Shown here one piece after another: positions 28,005 through 35,704 of a stretch of 35,704 bases of DNA. How positions within the stretch are numbered: position 1 is the stretch's first letter; each line of letters opens with the position of its first letter. The position numbers were made by a program, and so were the translations under genes. The notes under the pieces are model-generated. The model had not been told where the DNA came from, did no database searches, and saw only the letters and a program-made list of their open reading frames with translations. Source of the DNA: Massilibacteroides sp. (GTDB lineage: Bacteria > Bacteroidota > Bacteroidia > Bacteroidales > Tannerellaceae); assembly GCA_036781995.1 (NCBI GenBank), contig DAIPZX010000001.1, positions 1 through 35,704 on the forward strand, read 5' to 3'.

Positions 28005-28586
28005 ATGAAAAAACTCCTGAGCCATATACCTAATCAGTTTATACTCCCATTATTTATTGTGGGCGGTATTATTGCCGGACTCGGAGGTTATGCCGTCTAT
28101 ATGTCGAGAGCGTATTCTTATCTCTCTGATGATCCGTCTGCTTGTATCAATTGTCATATTATGACGCCCTATTATCAATCATGGGATCATAGTTCACATG
28201 CTCAGTGGGCAAGTTGCAATGATTGCCATGTTCCGCAAGAGAGTCTTTTTAAAGGTTATGCCTTTAAGGCGAAAGACGGGTTATATCATGCTGCGATTTT
28301 TACTATGAAGGCAGAACCGCAAAGCATTCGTCCGCGCGATGAGAGTTATGAAGTGATTATGAATAACTGTATCCGTTGTCATACCGAACTTAACACCGAG
28401 TTTGTCGATACAGGTATGATTAGCTTTTGTGACGTGAAGGAAGGTAAAGGGAAAGCTTGTTGGGATTGTCATGCCGATGTTCCGCACACGAAGGTGAGCA
28501 GCCTTTCCGCTTCTCCTAATGCGATTGTCCCTTTGCCGAAATCTCCGGTGCCGGAATGGCTTAAAGAAAGAATGAAAAATAAATAA
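28005..28586 (+). CDS. nrfH: Cytochrome c nitrite reductase small subunit (tetraheme NapC/NirT family)
   Basis: Start at ATG 28005 (MKKLL); TM anchor; YLSDDPSACINCHIM, CNDCH, CIRCH and CWDCH. Confidence 0.96.
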   Translation: MKKLLSHIPNQFILPLFIVGGIIAGLGGYAVYMSRAYSYLSDDPSACINCHIMTPYYQSWDHSSHAQWASCNDCHVPQESLFKGYAFKAKDGLYHAAIFTMKAEPQSIRPRDESYEVIMNNCIRCHTELNTEFVDTGMISFCDVKEGKGKACWDCHADVPHTKVSSLSASPNAIVPLPKSPVPEWLKERMKNK

Positions 28587-28609
28587 AAACAAAATAAGAC
28601 CAGCAGATT

Positions 28610-30109
28610 ATGTTTAAGAAATTAGCAGAAGCAATCAAACGTAAACCCATGATAGGATGGGGGATCTTTACCGTAGTCATGATCGGTGTTTTCGTTCTTG
28701 GCTTGTTGGCCGCTTCTATCACAGAACGGCGCGCTGAAATCGTTACTTTATTTAATAATAAAAAAGTAGAGATCACAGATATTAATCCTCATAATGAAGA
28801 ATGGGGGCTTAACTATCCCCGGGAGTATACTACTTGGAAAATGACCCGGAATATGGACTTCAAGAGTAAACACTTGGGGAATATGCCGCAGGATGTTCTC
28901 GAACAACGTCCCGAAATGGTCGTTTTATGGGCAGGTTATGCTTTTTCACGTGAATATACTGCTCCGCGCGGACATATGCATGCCATAGAAGATGTGCAGC
29001 ATACTTTACGTACCGGAACTCCTGAAAATGGAGAAGGTGAAATGCAGCCCGGAACTTGCTGGACATGCAAAAGCCCCGATGTGCCTCGCCTGATGCATGA
29101 AATGGGAATTGAAAATTACTATAAAGCGAAATGGAGCGACTTGGGAGCAGAAGTAATGAATCCGATCGGCTGTGCAGACTGTCATGATCCGGTAACTATG
29201 AATCTGACGATTACCCGTCCTGCGCTTATCGAAGCTTTTGAACGGCAGGGAAGAAACATTACTGAAGCTACACCACAGGAAATGCGTTCGCTGGTTTGCG
29301 CTCAATGTCATGTGGAATATTACTTTCAGGGAAACGATAAATACCTGGCTTTCCCTTGGGACGATGGAATGACCGTTGAGGATATGGAAAAATATTATGA
29401 CGAAGCAGAATATACAGACTGGACGCATGCACTCAGTAAAGCTCCTATGTTGAAAGCTCAGCATCCGGATTATGAAATATTCCAAGCGGGGCCTCATGCT
29501 CAACGCGGACTTTCTTGCGCTGATTGCCATATGCCTTATACGGCCGAAGGTGGTATTAAATATACGAACCACCAGGTGATGAGCCCGTTGAAGAATGTAT
29601 CGAATACCTGCCAGGTTTGTCATCGTGATAGTGAAGAGAACTTACGCAATTATGTGTACGAGTATCAGGATAAGGCATTGGAAATAAGAGACAGAATTGA
29701 GAAAGAACTGAGTAAAGCACACATCATGGCTAAAACAGCTTGGGATAATGGGGCATCGGAAACAGATATGGCTGCTTCTTTGCAATTGCTTCGCCAGGCA
29801 CAATGGCGTTGGGACTTTTCGGTTGCTTCTCACGGAGCTTCTTTTCATGCACCGGTAGAAACACAACGCATTCTTGCGCATAGTTTGGATCGCAGTTTGC
29901 AGGCTCAATTAGAATTGCAGAAAGTTCTCTTTAAGCATGGCGTAACAGACGTACAAATGCCGGATCTTTCCACAAAAGACAAGGCCCAGGCTTATATCGG
30001 ATTAGATATGAAGAAGCTGAAAGAGAATAAAGAAAATTGGATTCAAACAGTTGTTCCGAAGTGGGTAGAGAAAGCGAAGAATGAAGGCAAACTAAGAGCT
30101 GCGCTTTAA
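28610..30109 (+). CDS. nrfA: Ammonia-forming pentaheme cytochrome c nitrite reductase
   Basis: Lys-ligated CWTCK plus CADCH, CAQCH, CADCH and CQVCH; PRGH, CHVEYYF, KAQHPDYE, QWRWD and SHGASFHAP. Confidence 0.98.
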   Translation: MFKKLAEAIKRKPMIGWGIFTVVMIGVFVLGLLAASITERRAEIVTLFNNKKVEITDINPHNEEWGLNYPREYTTWKMTRNMDFKSKHLGNMPQDVLEQRPEMVVLWAGYAFSREYTAPRGHMHAIEDVQHTLRTGTPENGEGEMQPGTCWTCKSPDVPRLMHEMGIENYYKAKWSDLGAEVMNPIGCADCHDPVTMNLTITRPALIEAFERQGRNITEATPQEMRSLVCAQCHVEYYFQGNDKYLAFPWDDGMTVEDMEKYYDEAEYTDWTHALSKAPMLKAQHPDYEIFQAGPHAQRGLSCADCHMPYTAEGGIKYTNHQVMSPLKNVSNTCQVCHRDSEENLRNYVYEYQDKALEIRDRIEKELSKAHIMAKTAWDNGASETDMAASLQLLRQAQWRWDFSVASHGASFHAPVETQRILAHSLDRSLQAQLELQKVLFKHGVTDVQMPDLSTKDKAQAYIGLDMKKLKENKENWIQTVVPKWVEKAKNEGKLRAAL

Positions 30110-30125
30110 ATTTCCGGATAAAACG

Positions 30126-31376
30126 ATGAATAATAAACGAAGAACGTGGCAATTCCCCTGGCAATACAAAGAAAGCTTAGTCTTTGTCGGGGGAATTGCT
30201 TTTATAGGACTTGTACTCCAACTATTGACCGGACCTTTTGACTTTTTCTTACTGCAATATCCGGTAAATCTGATAGCGGGAATAGCTATACTCTTGTTTC
30301 TCGCATTGCTTTCCATTGCTCGTAAAACGGTTTTTTATCACTGGTTCTCAGGAGTTCCGTTTGCTGTTAGCTGTATAGGCGGCTTGCTCTTTTTTGCCTT
30401 AATTATGGGTCTTACCCCACAACTTTCACGTCTTGACCCCCACGATACGGATCTGGTTGCCCGTCTTGGATTTAAGCAGATGACTACTTCCTGGTCCTTT
30501 GTATTGCTTTATCTGACTACGCTTTTGTCATTAGGGGCTCTGATCATTCGTCGGCTGATTATTTTTCGTAAGCAGGACTATGCTTTTTATCTGAATCATA
30601 TCGGCTTGTGGATATTACTCTTTGCCTCAGGATTGGGAGCCGCCGATGCAAGACGTTATGTAATGCATGTGCGCGAAGGAGAAATGGAGTGGCGTGTCTA
30701 TAGCGAAACAGATGAGGTGTTGGAACTTCCGATTGCAATTCAACTGAACGACTTCGATATGGAAGAATATCCCCCCAAACTAACCGTGATAGACCGTGAA
30801 AGCGGAGAACCTCAACCTATAGGAGAACCGGAGTTTTTCTCTATTGATGAAAAAAGACCTGAAGGAAAACTGGTAAACTGGGATATCCGGTTGGATGAGT
30901 ATATACACCGGGCGGTTCGGAATAGCGACAGTACTTATCACGAAGTGGCGATGCCCGGCTCAACCCCCGCGGCGCGGGTGACGGCAACCAACAGAATTAC
31001 CGGCTCAATCTATTCCGGATGGGTGTGTGGAGGAAATATGGCGCAGCTTTACATGATGTTGCCGCTGGATGAGCAGTATTGTATTGTTATGACAAGACCT
31101 GAACCAAAACGATTTCTCTCAGATATCGATGTGTATACAGAAGAAGGCAAAACCTATCATACCATTCTGGAAGTAAACAAACCGCTTCAGGTGGGGCACT
31201 GGACTATTTACCAGTATGGTTATGACAACAATGCCGGAAGGATGTCTACATACAGTAGTTTGGAGTTGGTCTACGATCCTTGGCTATATCCGGCTTACGC
31301 AGGTATTGTCCTGTTGGCTGCCGGATCTGTTTGCTTGCTTTGGTCGGGAAATAAAAAGAGGAGGAAAGACGTATGA
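30126..31376 (+). CDS. System II cytochrome c biogenesis protein, ResB/Ccs1(CcsB)-like
   Basis: N-terminal TM helices with conserved His (LNHIGLW), large periplasmic domain with LEVNKPL and VYDPW, C-terminal TM; lies between nrfA and ccsA. Confidence 0.85.
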   Translation: MNNKRRTWQFPWQYKESLVFVGGIAFIGLVLQLLTGPFDFFLLQYPVNLIAGIAILLFLALLSIARKTVFYHWFSGVPFAVSCIGGLLFFALIMGLTPQLSRLDPHDTDLVARLGFKQMTTSWSFVLLYLTTLLSLGALIIRRLIIFRKQDYAFYLNHIGLWILLFASGLGAADARRYVMHVREGEMEWRVYSETDEVLELPIAIQLNDFDMEEYPPKLTVIDRESGEPQPIGEPEFFSIDEKRPEGKLVNWDIRLDEYIHRAVRNSDSTYHEVAMPGSTPAARVTATNRITGSIYSGWVCGGNMAQLYMMLPLDEQYCIVMTRPEPKRFLSDIDVYTEEGKTYHTILEVNKPLQVGHWTIYQYGYDNNAGRMSTYSSLELVYDPWLYPAYAGIVLLAAGSVCLLWSGNKKRRKDV

Positions 31377-32158
31377 CCTGGGATGAATTCTTATGGTTTG
31401 CTTTGCCTGCTATGGGCTGTTGGCTTGGAGCGGGCAGTTTGGTTTATAAAACAAAAAGAGAAAAGGCTGCGGAACTTTTGATGATTATCGGTATTCTCAT
31501 TTTCGCGGCATTTATTGTTGGTCTGTGGATCGGGCAGGAACGTCCGCCGCTTCGTACGATAGGTGAAACCCGCCTTTGGTATTCGTTCTTTCTGGCTGTT
31601 ATCGGCTATTTTACCTATAAGCATTGGCGATATGCCTGGCTGCTGTCTTTTTCGGCGGTGGTCGCTTGTGTTTTTGTTTGTGTGAACATCTTCAAGCCGG
31701 AAATACACTCTACTAATTTGATGCCGGCATTACAAAGTTACTGGTTCGTGCCCCACGTAACCGTTTATATTCTTTCTTATGCGATGCTTGGAGCTGCTAC
31801 AATTGCCTCTTTCATTCTGTTGAAAAATCAGCGTAAAGGAAAGACAGACGACAACCTGTATCGTTTAACGGACAATGTGGTCTATATCGGCTTCGGTTTC
31901 CTGATACTGGGCATGTTGATGGGTGCTGTATGGGCAAAAGAAGCCTGGGGGCATTACTGGTCATGGGATCCGAAAGAAACCTGGGCGTTTATCACCTCGG
32001 CGGCCTATCTGATGTATATTCACATGCGTTTGCAACCCTCTCATCAGCGGATTACGCTTTGGATACTGCCTTTCGCATTCTTGCTGTTGATGATCACCTG
32101 GATAGGCGTAAATTATCTTCCATCGGCAGCCAATAGTATCCATGTTTATTCGAACTAA
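31373..32158 (+). CDS. ccsA: System II cytochrome c biogenesis protein CcsA (ResC)
   Basis: PALQSYWFVPHV, WWD domain WAKEAWGHYWSWDPKETW, YIH and terminal SIHVY; ATGA overlap with the ResB-like gene. Confidence 0.95.
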   Translation: MTWDEFLWFALPAMGCWLGAGSLVYKTKREKAAELLMIIGILIFAAFIVGLWIGQERPPLRTIGETRLWYSFFLAVIGYFTYKHWRYAWLLSFSAVVACVFVCVNIFKPEIHSTNLMPALQSYWFVPHVTVYILSYAMLGAATIASFILLKNQRKGKTDDNLYRLTDNVVYIGFGFLILGMLMGAVWAKEAWGHYWSWDPKETWAFITSAAYLMYIHMRLQPSHQRITLWILPFAFLLLMITWIGVNYLPSAANSIHVYSN

Positions 32159-32191
32159 AGCCTTTAATTTCATATTCTTAGGAAATCGTTA

Positions 32192-32199
32192 TATATTTG
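32192..32199 (+). promoter_or_regulatory. -7 promoter element of the Crp/Fnr regulator
   Basis: TATATTTG 24 nt upstream of ATG 32224, implying the regulator has its own promoter. Confidence 0.65.
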
Positions 32200-32223
32200 C
32201 TTTTGTATTATAGCATAGCGTAA

Positions 32224-32913
32224 ATGAATAGCGAACATTTTCTTACAGAACAACAGGTAAATATTATTCACAAAATTCCCCTGTTTAGTGGGATGACGGA
32301 TGAATTTAAAGGACGCTTGTTAGACAAGCTGGATTACTCCGTGCATCCCTTGAAAAAAGGAGATGTGATTATCCGGCAGGATACCATATGCAATCACATG
32401 TACATCCTGTTGCAAGGCAATTTGGTGGTCAATATTATAGATGTTTCGGGGAATAACGTCAAGGTCGAAAATATTATTGCTCCCCGCGCATTCGCTACCC
32501 CGCATCTTTTTAGCGGCAATAATATTTTTCCGGCAACATTTACCGTTGTAGAAGACGGGTTATTGCTCAAAGCAAGCAGAGATTCTGTGTTCGAGCTGAT
32601 TAGTTCGGAGCCTGGGCTGTTAAAGAACTTCCTCCGTATCAGCGGCAATTGTAATGCCTGTACCATAAGCCGGCTTCGTATTTTATCTTATAAAAGCATC
32701 CGCAGCCGTTTTACATATTATCTGTTTGAACGCAAACGGGAGAATAATCTCGTCATTATGGATCATAATCAGACTCAATTGGCAGAATACATGAGCGTTT
32801 CACGTCCTGCCTTGGCTAATGAACTGAAAAAGATGGCAGACGAAAAGCTGATCAGGATTGAAGGTAAGCTGGTCGAATTGTTATCTCCTGCTTTGTTGCT
32901 GAAATATATTTAA
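32224..32913 (+). CDS. Crp/Fnr family transcriptional regulator (HcpR-like)
   Basis: IPLFSG and KKGDVIIRQ cNMP-fold start; HTH NQTQLAEYMSVSRPALANELKKM; adjacent to the nrf cluster. Confidence 0.9.
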   Translation: MNSEHFLTEQQVNIIHKIPLFSGMTDEFKGRLLDKLDYSVHPLKKGDVIIRQDTICNHMYILLQGNLVVNIIDVSGNNVKVENIIAPRAFATPHLFSGNNIFPATFTVVEDGLLLKASRDSVFELISSEPGLLKNFLRISGNCNACTISRLRILSYKSIRSRFTYYLFERKRENNLVIMDHNQTQLAEYMSVSRPALANELKKMADEKLIRIEGKLVELLSPALLLKYI

Positions 32914-32920
32914 CCCTCCT

Positions 32921-35572
32921 TTATAACGCAAACCAGTAATTGATTTTTACAACCAGCGTATTGCTCGCGGAAAGCCCGAACAATCGGTCTAAATTATTAT
33001 TCCACCCGGAGCGGTATTTATCATCGCGGTTGGTACGGCTGTTTTCCCACACGAAATAGAGGGTAGAGCCGGGAAGGTATTCCCAGCGAAGCACCAGATT
33101 GGAACGAAATTCGTTAAAGCTGAAGTCCGGATTTTTGAAACTGAACTTGCCGTTCCCGCCATTAACAAGATAACTGTTTTCGGAATAACTGATTTCTTTC
33201 TCCTCAAGGGCTACAAAACGTTTGTTATAGTTGTGCGATTTCGTATCCGCCGCCAGTTTAAACTCATCGTATCTGGCAATAGAGGTAAACGGAGAACCGT
33301 AGTACTGGATGGATAAATCCGGTGTAATATTGATCTGTGCTTTTAGCGTTACGCCATACGTGTTTTGCTTCATTTTCGCGATCACATAGCGCGAAGCATC
33401 GCTCCCATCGGGTTGAACCCGGGCTACATACTGCAAATTGTCTTTGTTCCAGGCATAATCAAACTGCCCCGTGAGGTGTATGTGGTTTCCGAGCCGGAAG
33501 ATGAGGCTTGGTTTGATCAGGTTGTAGGCAGACTTTTCGCTTGGATAATGCTTTCCGTTGTACTGAAATTGGAAGACTACTTTTCTGGCCTTGTCTGTAT
33601 TAAGCAGTACATTGGTGGTGAAGTTCGCGCCATAACGCATGTCGGGGCCTCCTCTTAAAATACGACTGTCTATCGTGTTCCAGCTGAACGTTTCCTTGAT
33701 ATCGACGTTGAAACGGCGTTTTGTAGTCAGGCTTCTCCATCTTAGCGCGATATCATTATTTATCGGGTTTCCTCCGTAGTTCCAGGTGTTCTTTTGCGTC
33801 AGGTTGATCGCCATATACCGGAACGGACCTAAGATGTCAGTCTTGCGAAAGGCAATTTCAGATTCATTAAAGAGGAAATCAGCCTGCTTCATATAACCTA
33901 CATCGTTCAGATCGAATCCGGGAGACGACCAACTGAATGTTTGCGAATAGTTCCATTGCGCGTTACCTCTTCGCCCGGCTTTGACATATCCCCCTGTTCC
34001 CTGTAGTGATTTCTTTTCGGGGTCGAGATCCAGATAAGAAGCGCCCGACTCTCTGTGATAATAATGCGCGGCATTGGTTTTTGTTCTGAGAATCGCCTGT
34101 TCCGAACCGTGCAACGAACTGAACATACCCTTTGTTTCGACATAATACAACCGGTTCGCGAAATATTGGGTAAAGTCTATACCCGCGGTATAGGCGTTGT
34201 TGATCATTTCGCTTTTTAAGTGGTCTCGATCCAGATTGCGGTTGACAGACGTTAGCATTCCCCCTAACAGCGTATTCCCTTCCCAATTCTTCTGCACACG
34301 GGCAACCGTATAATTGGTCAATGGCTCCGTTACCTCTTTGCTGTACTCGCCGTTGCGCATCACTTTAGCAGACGTTTGTGCCGTTATGCTTTCCATCAGT
34401 CCGATTGTCAGTCCCTGTTTGTTGGTTCCCGTTAGCTTCAATGCCCCGATAATAGGTACATTGGCAAGCGTTTCGGCATAACTGTCAATATTATCAATAG
34501 CTTTTGGTTGATAAGACGATATCGCCCCTATACGACGACTGTAGAACATCATATCTGCTTCGTTTGTAAACTCCAGAATATGCTTGCCTTCGAGGAAGAA
34601 AGGACGCTTTTCATCATAAAAAGTTTCGTAGGCCGACAGGTTCATAACAGAGGGGTCTAACTCAATCTGCCCATAATCCGGATTGATGGTTAAATCCATT
34701 GTGTAATCATTCAGGGCTAATTTGGCATCCAGTCCGATTCCCCCTTTCCATTCGTTTCCTTTCTGAAACGGGCTGCCTGTTATCCGGGGTTCATTGCGGT
34801 ATTTCCCCATGGTGTAAGGCAAAAATTCTATTCCTTTAGGTTTAGGCAGGTCTTTCATGCCGTGCATTTCCCCAAAAGAGAAAACATGACCGTTATTTTT
34901 GAGGGGAATAATGCTCCAGTTCTGCACCTCGTTATTTCGTCTGATGATGCGGCGCACATGCAGACCCCATACCTCATTCTCAGACTTTCTGTTGTAACGC
35001 AGTTGGCTGAACGGAATGCGCAGCTCGGCTGTCCAGCATGAATCCTCTTTGTTGATGTAAGTCTTCCCTTCCCATATCGCGTTCCAGCTCAGGTTGATAG
35101 ACAATTTATCGGTTACCACAAGATCCGTTTTGTTGCCGCCCAGATTCAGATTAAACTCCGGAGCAGCCCGGTAGTCGTGATAAGGGTCAAAAGCAATACT
35201 AATCAGATCGCCGTTGCTGTTATCATCCCTGTTGCCGATAAAAGCATTCATCTGATCCGGATGATCATCTTTACAATAAATCCCGGCATAAATATTTTTA
35301 TTATCATAAAAGAGCTTGATGCGTGTAGTAGAATTCGTTTTCGCCCGTTCATAAGGCGTTACCTGCGAGAAATCGGCAGACCACTCTCCGAGATCGTTCC
35401 AAAGCGCTTCATCCAGTTTCCCATCTATGGAAGGACGTTGGCTTTCGTCTATACGGGTAATATTATACTGACGTTTATAAGCATCTTCAAAGGAAACGAC
35501 CGTTTCTCTCTGCTCCTGAGCGTAGGATAAAGAACCGATAAAAAGGAACAAGAATACAATCCGGGCTTTCAT
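32921..35572 (-). CDS. DUF5916-type outer-membrane protein with an N-terminal CBM9-like domain
   Basis: Signal peptide; IDGKLDEALW, YDNKNIY and WTAELRIPFSQLRY (CBM9-like); TINPDYGQIELD, EKRPFFLEG and FYSRRIG; beta-barrel-like C-terminus KINYWFAL. Confidence 0.82.
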   Translation of the reverse strand: MKARIVFLFLFIGSLSYAQEQRETVVSFEDAYKRQYNITRIDESQRPSIDGKLDEALWNDLGEWSADFSQVTPYERAKTNSTTRIKLFYDNKNIYAGIYCKDDHPDQMNAFIGNRDDNSNGDLISIAFDPYHDYRAAPEFNLNLGGNKTDLVVTDKLSINLSWNAIWEGKTYINKEDSCWTAELRIPFSQLRYNRKSENEVWGLHVRRIIRRNNEVQNWSIIPLKNNGHVFSFGEMHGMKDLPKPKGIEFLPYTMGKYRNEPRITGSPFQKGNEWKGGIGLDAKLALNDYTMDLTINPDYGQIELDPSVMNLSAYETFYDEKRPFFLEGKHILEFTNEADMMFYSRRIGAISSYQPKAIDNIDSYAETLANVPIIGALKLTGTNKQGLTIGLMESITAQTSAKVMRNGEYSKEVTEPLTNYTVARVQKNWEGNTLLGGMLTSVNRNLDRDHLKSEMINNAYTAGIDFTQYFANRLYYVETKGMFSSLHGSEQAILRTKTNAAHYYHRESGASYLDLDPEKKSLQGTGGYVKAGRRGNAQWNYSQTFSWSSPGFDLNDVGYMKQADFLFNESEIAFRKTDILGPFRYMAINLTQKNTWNYGGNPINNDIALRWRSLTTKRRFNVDIKETFSWNTIDSRILRGGPDMRYGANFTTNVLLNTDKARKVVFQFQYNGKHYPSEKSAYNLIKPSLIFRLGNHIHLTGQFDYAWNKDNLQYVARVQPDGSDASRYVIAKMKQNTYGVTLKAQINITPDLSIQYYGSPFTSIARYDEFKLAADTKSHNYNKRFVALEEKEISYSENSYLVNGGNGKFSFKNPDFSFNEFRSNLVLRWEYLPGSTLYFVWENSRTNRDDKYRSGWNNNLDRLFGLSASNTLVVKINYWFAL

Positions 35573-35598
35573 TGGCTATCGATTTAAAGCTAATCTTA

Positions 35599-35606
35599 CA
35601 AAAATA
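35599..35606 (-). promoter_or_regulatory. -7 promoter element of the DUF5916 gene
   Basis: Minus strand TATTTTTG, 26 nt upstream of ATG 35572. Confidence 0.55.
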
Positions 35607-35649
35607 ATGATATTCTGTTAATATGCAGAATAAATTGACAAAGATGTTA

Positions 35650-35704
35650 TCAACATCACTATGAATCAAAAAAAACATAAGTATGATTTTCCAAATTCAT
35701 AGTT
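35650..35704. repeat. 22-bp-period palindromic repeat array, family A, copy 2 (truncated by the window end)
   Basis: Cores CATCACTATG (35654), CATAAGTATG (35676) and CATAGTT (35698). 35650-35689 matches the reverse complement of 10270-10309 at 37/40 nt. Confidence 0.92.

Noticed and set aside
35643..35657. GATGTT-ATC-AACATC palindrome as a separate operator
   Set aside because: It has only 6-bp arms and its right arm belongs to the family A repeat, so it cannot be supported independently.
345..35678. Numerous 60-205 aa ORFs antisense to or overlapping long genes (e.g. 8300-8887, 29006-29623, 4380-4841)
   Set aside because: They are shadows of well-supported genes, with no recognisable motifs and no independent promoters.

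Overview
Bacteroidales chromosomal window; gene content and TAnnTTTG promoters suggest a Parabacteroides/Tannerellaceae-like organism (inference). From left to right: a 5'-truncated prolyl tripeptidyl peptidase, purD, a membrane protein and a YqaA/DedA-like gene (+); an S28/S37 peptidase, a CE4 deacetylase and a DUF2723/TMEM260-like GT-C glycosyltransferase (-); a thioredoxin-fold protein with a T9SS-type tail (-); a four-gene MFP-RND-TolC-RND exporter with atypical proton-relay motifs (-); an 850-bp repeat-rich intergenic region; a transglutaminase-like lipoprotein and an M16 peptidase (+); Mrp/ApbC and trmB (-); a nitrite-ammonification cluster of porin, nrfH, nrfA, ResB-like, ccsA and a Crp/Fnr (HcpR-like) regulator (+); and a DUF5916-type outer-membrane protein (-). 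No rRNA, tRNA, CRISPR array or intact transposase was recognised. The most unusual signals are non-coding. (i) Three short arrays of palindromic cores at an exact 22-bp period, in two sequence families, one of which is dispersed (10.2 kb and 35.65 kb). (ii) Two divergent promoters share the architecture AAATATAA-N3-AAATATAA-N33-TAnnTTTG; one drives the RND exporter and the other points at a 21-codon ORF and repeats with no annotated gene. (iii) A 154-bp MITE-like element nested with a GTCATTGCG-type palindromic repeat. All functional calls rest on motif recognition only; no searches were run.
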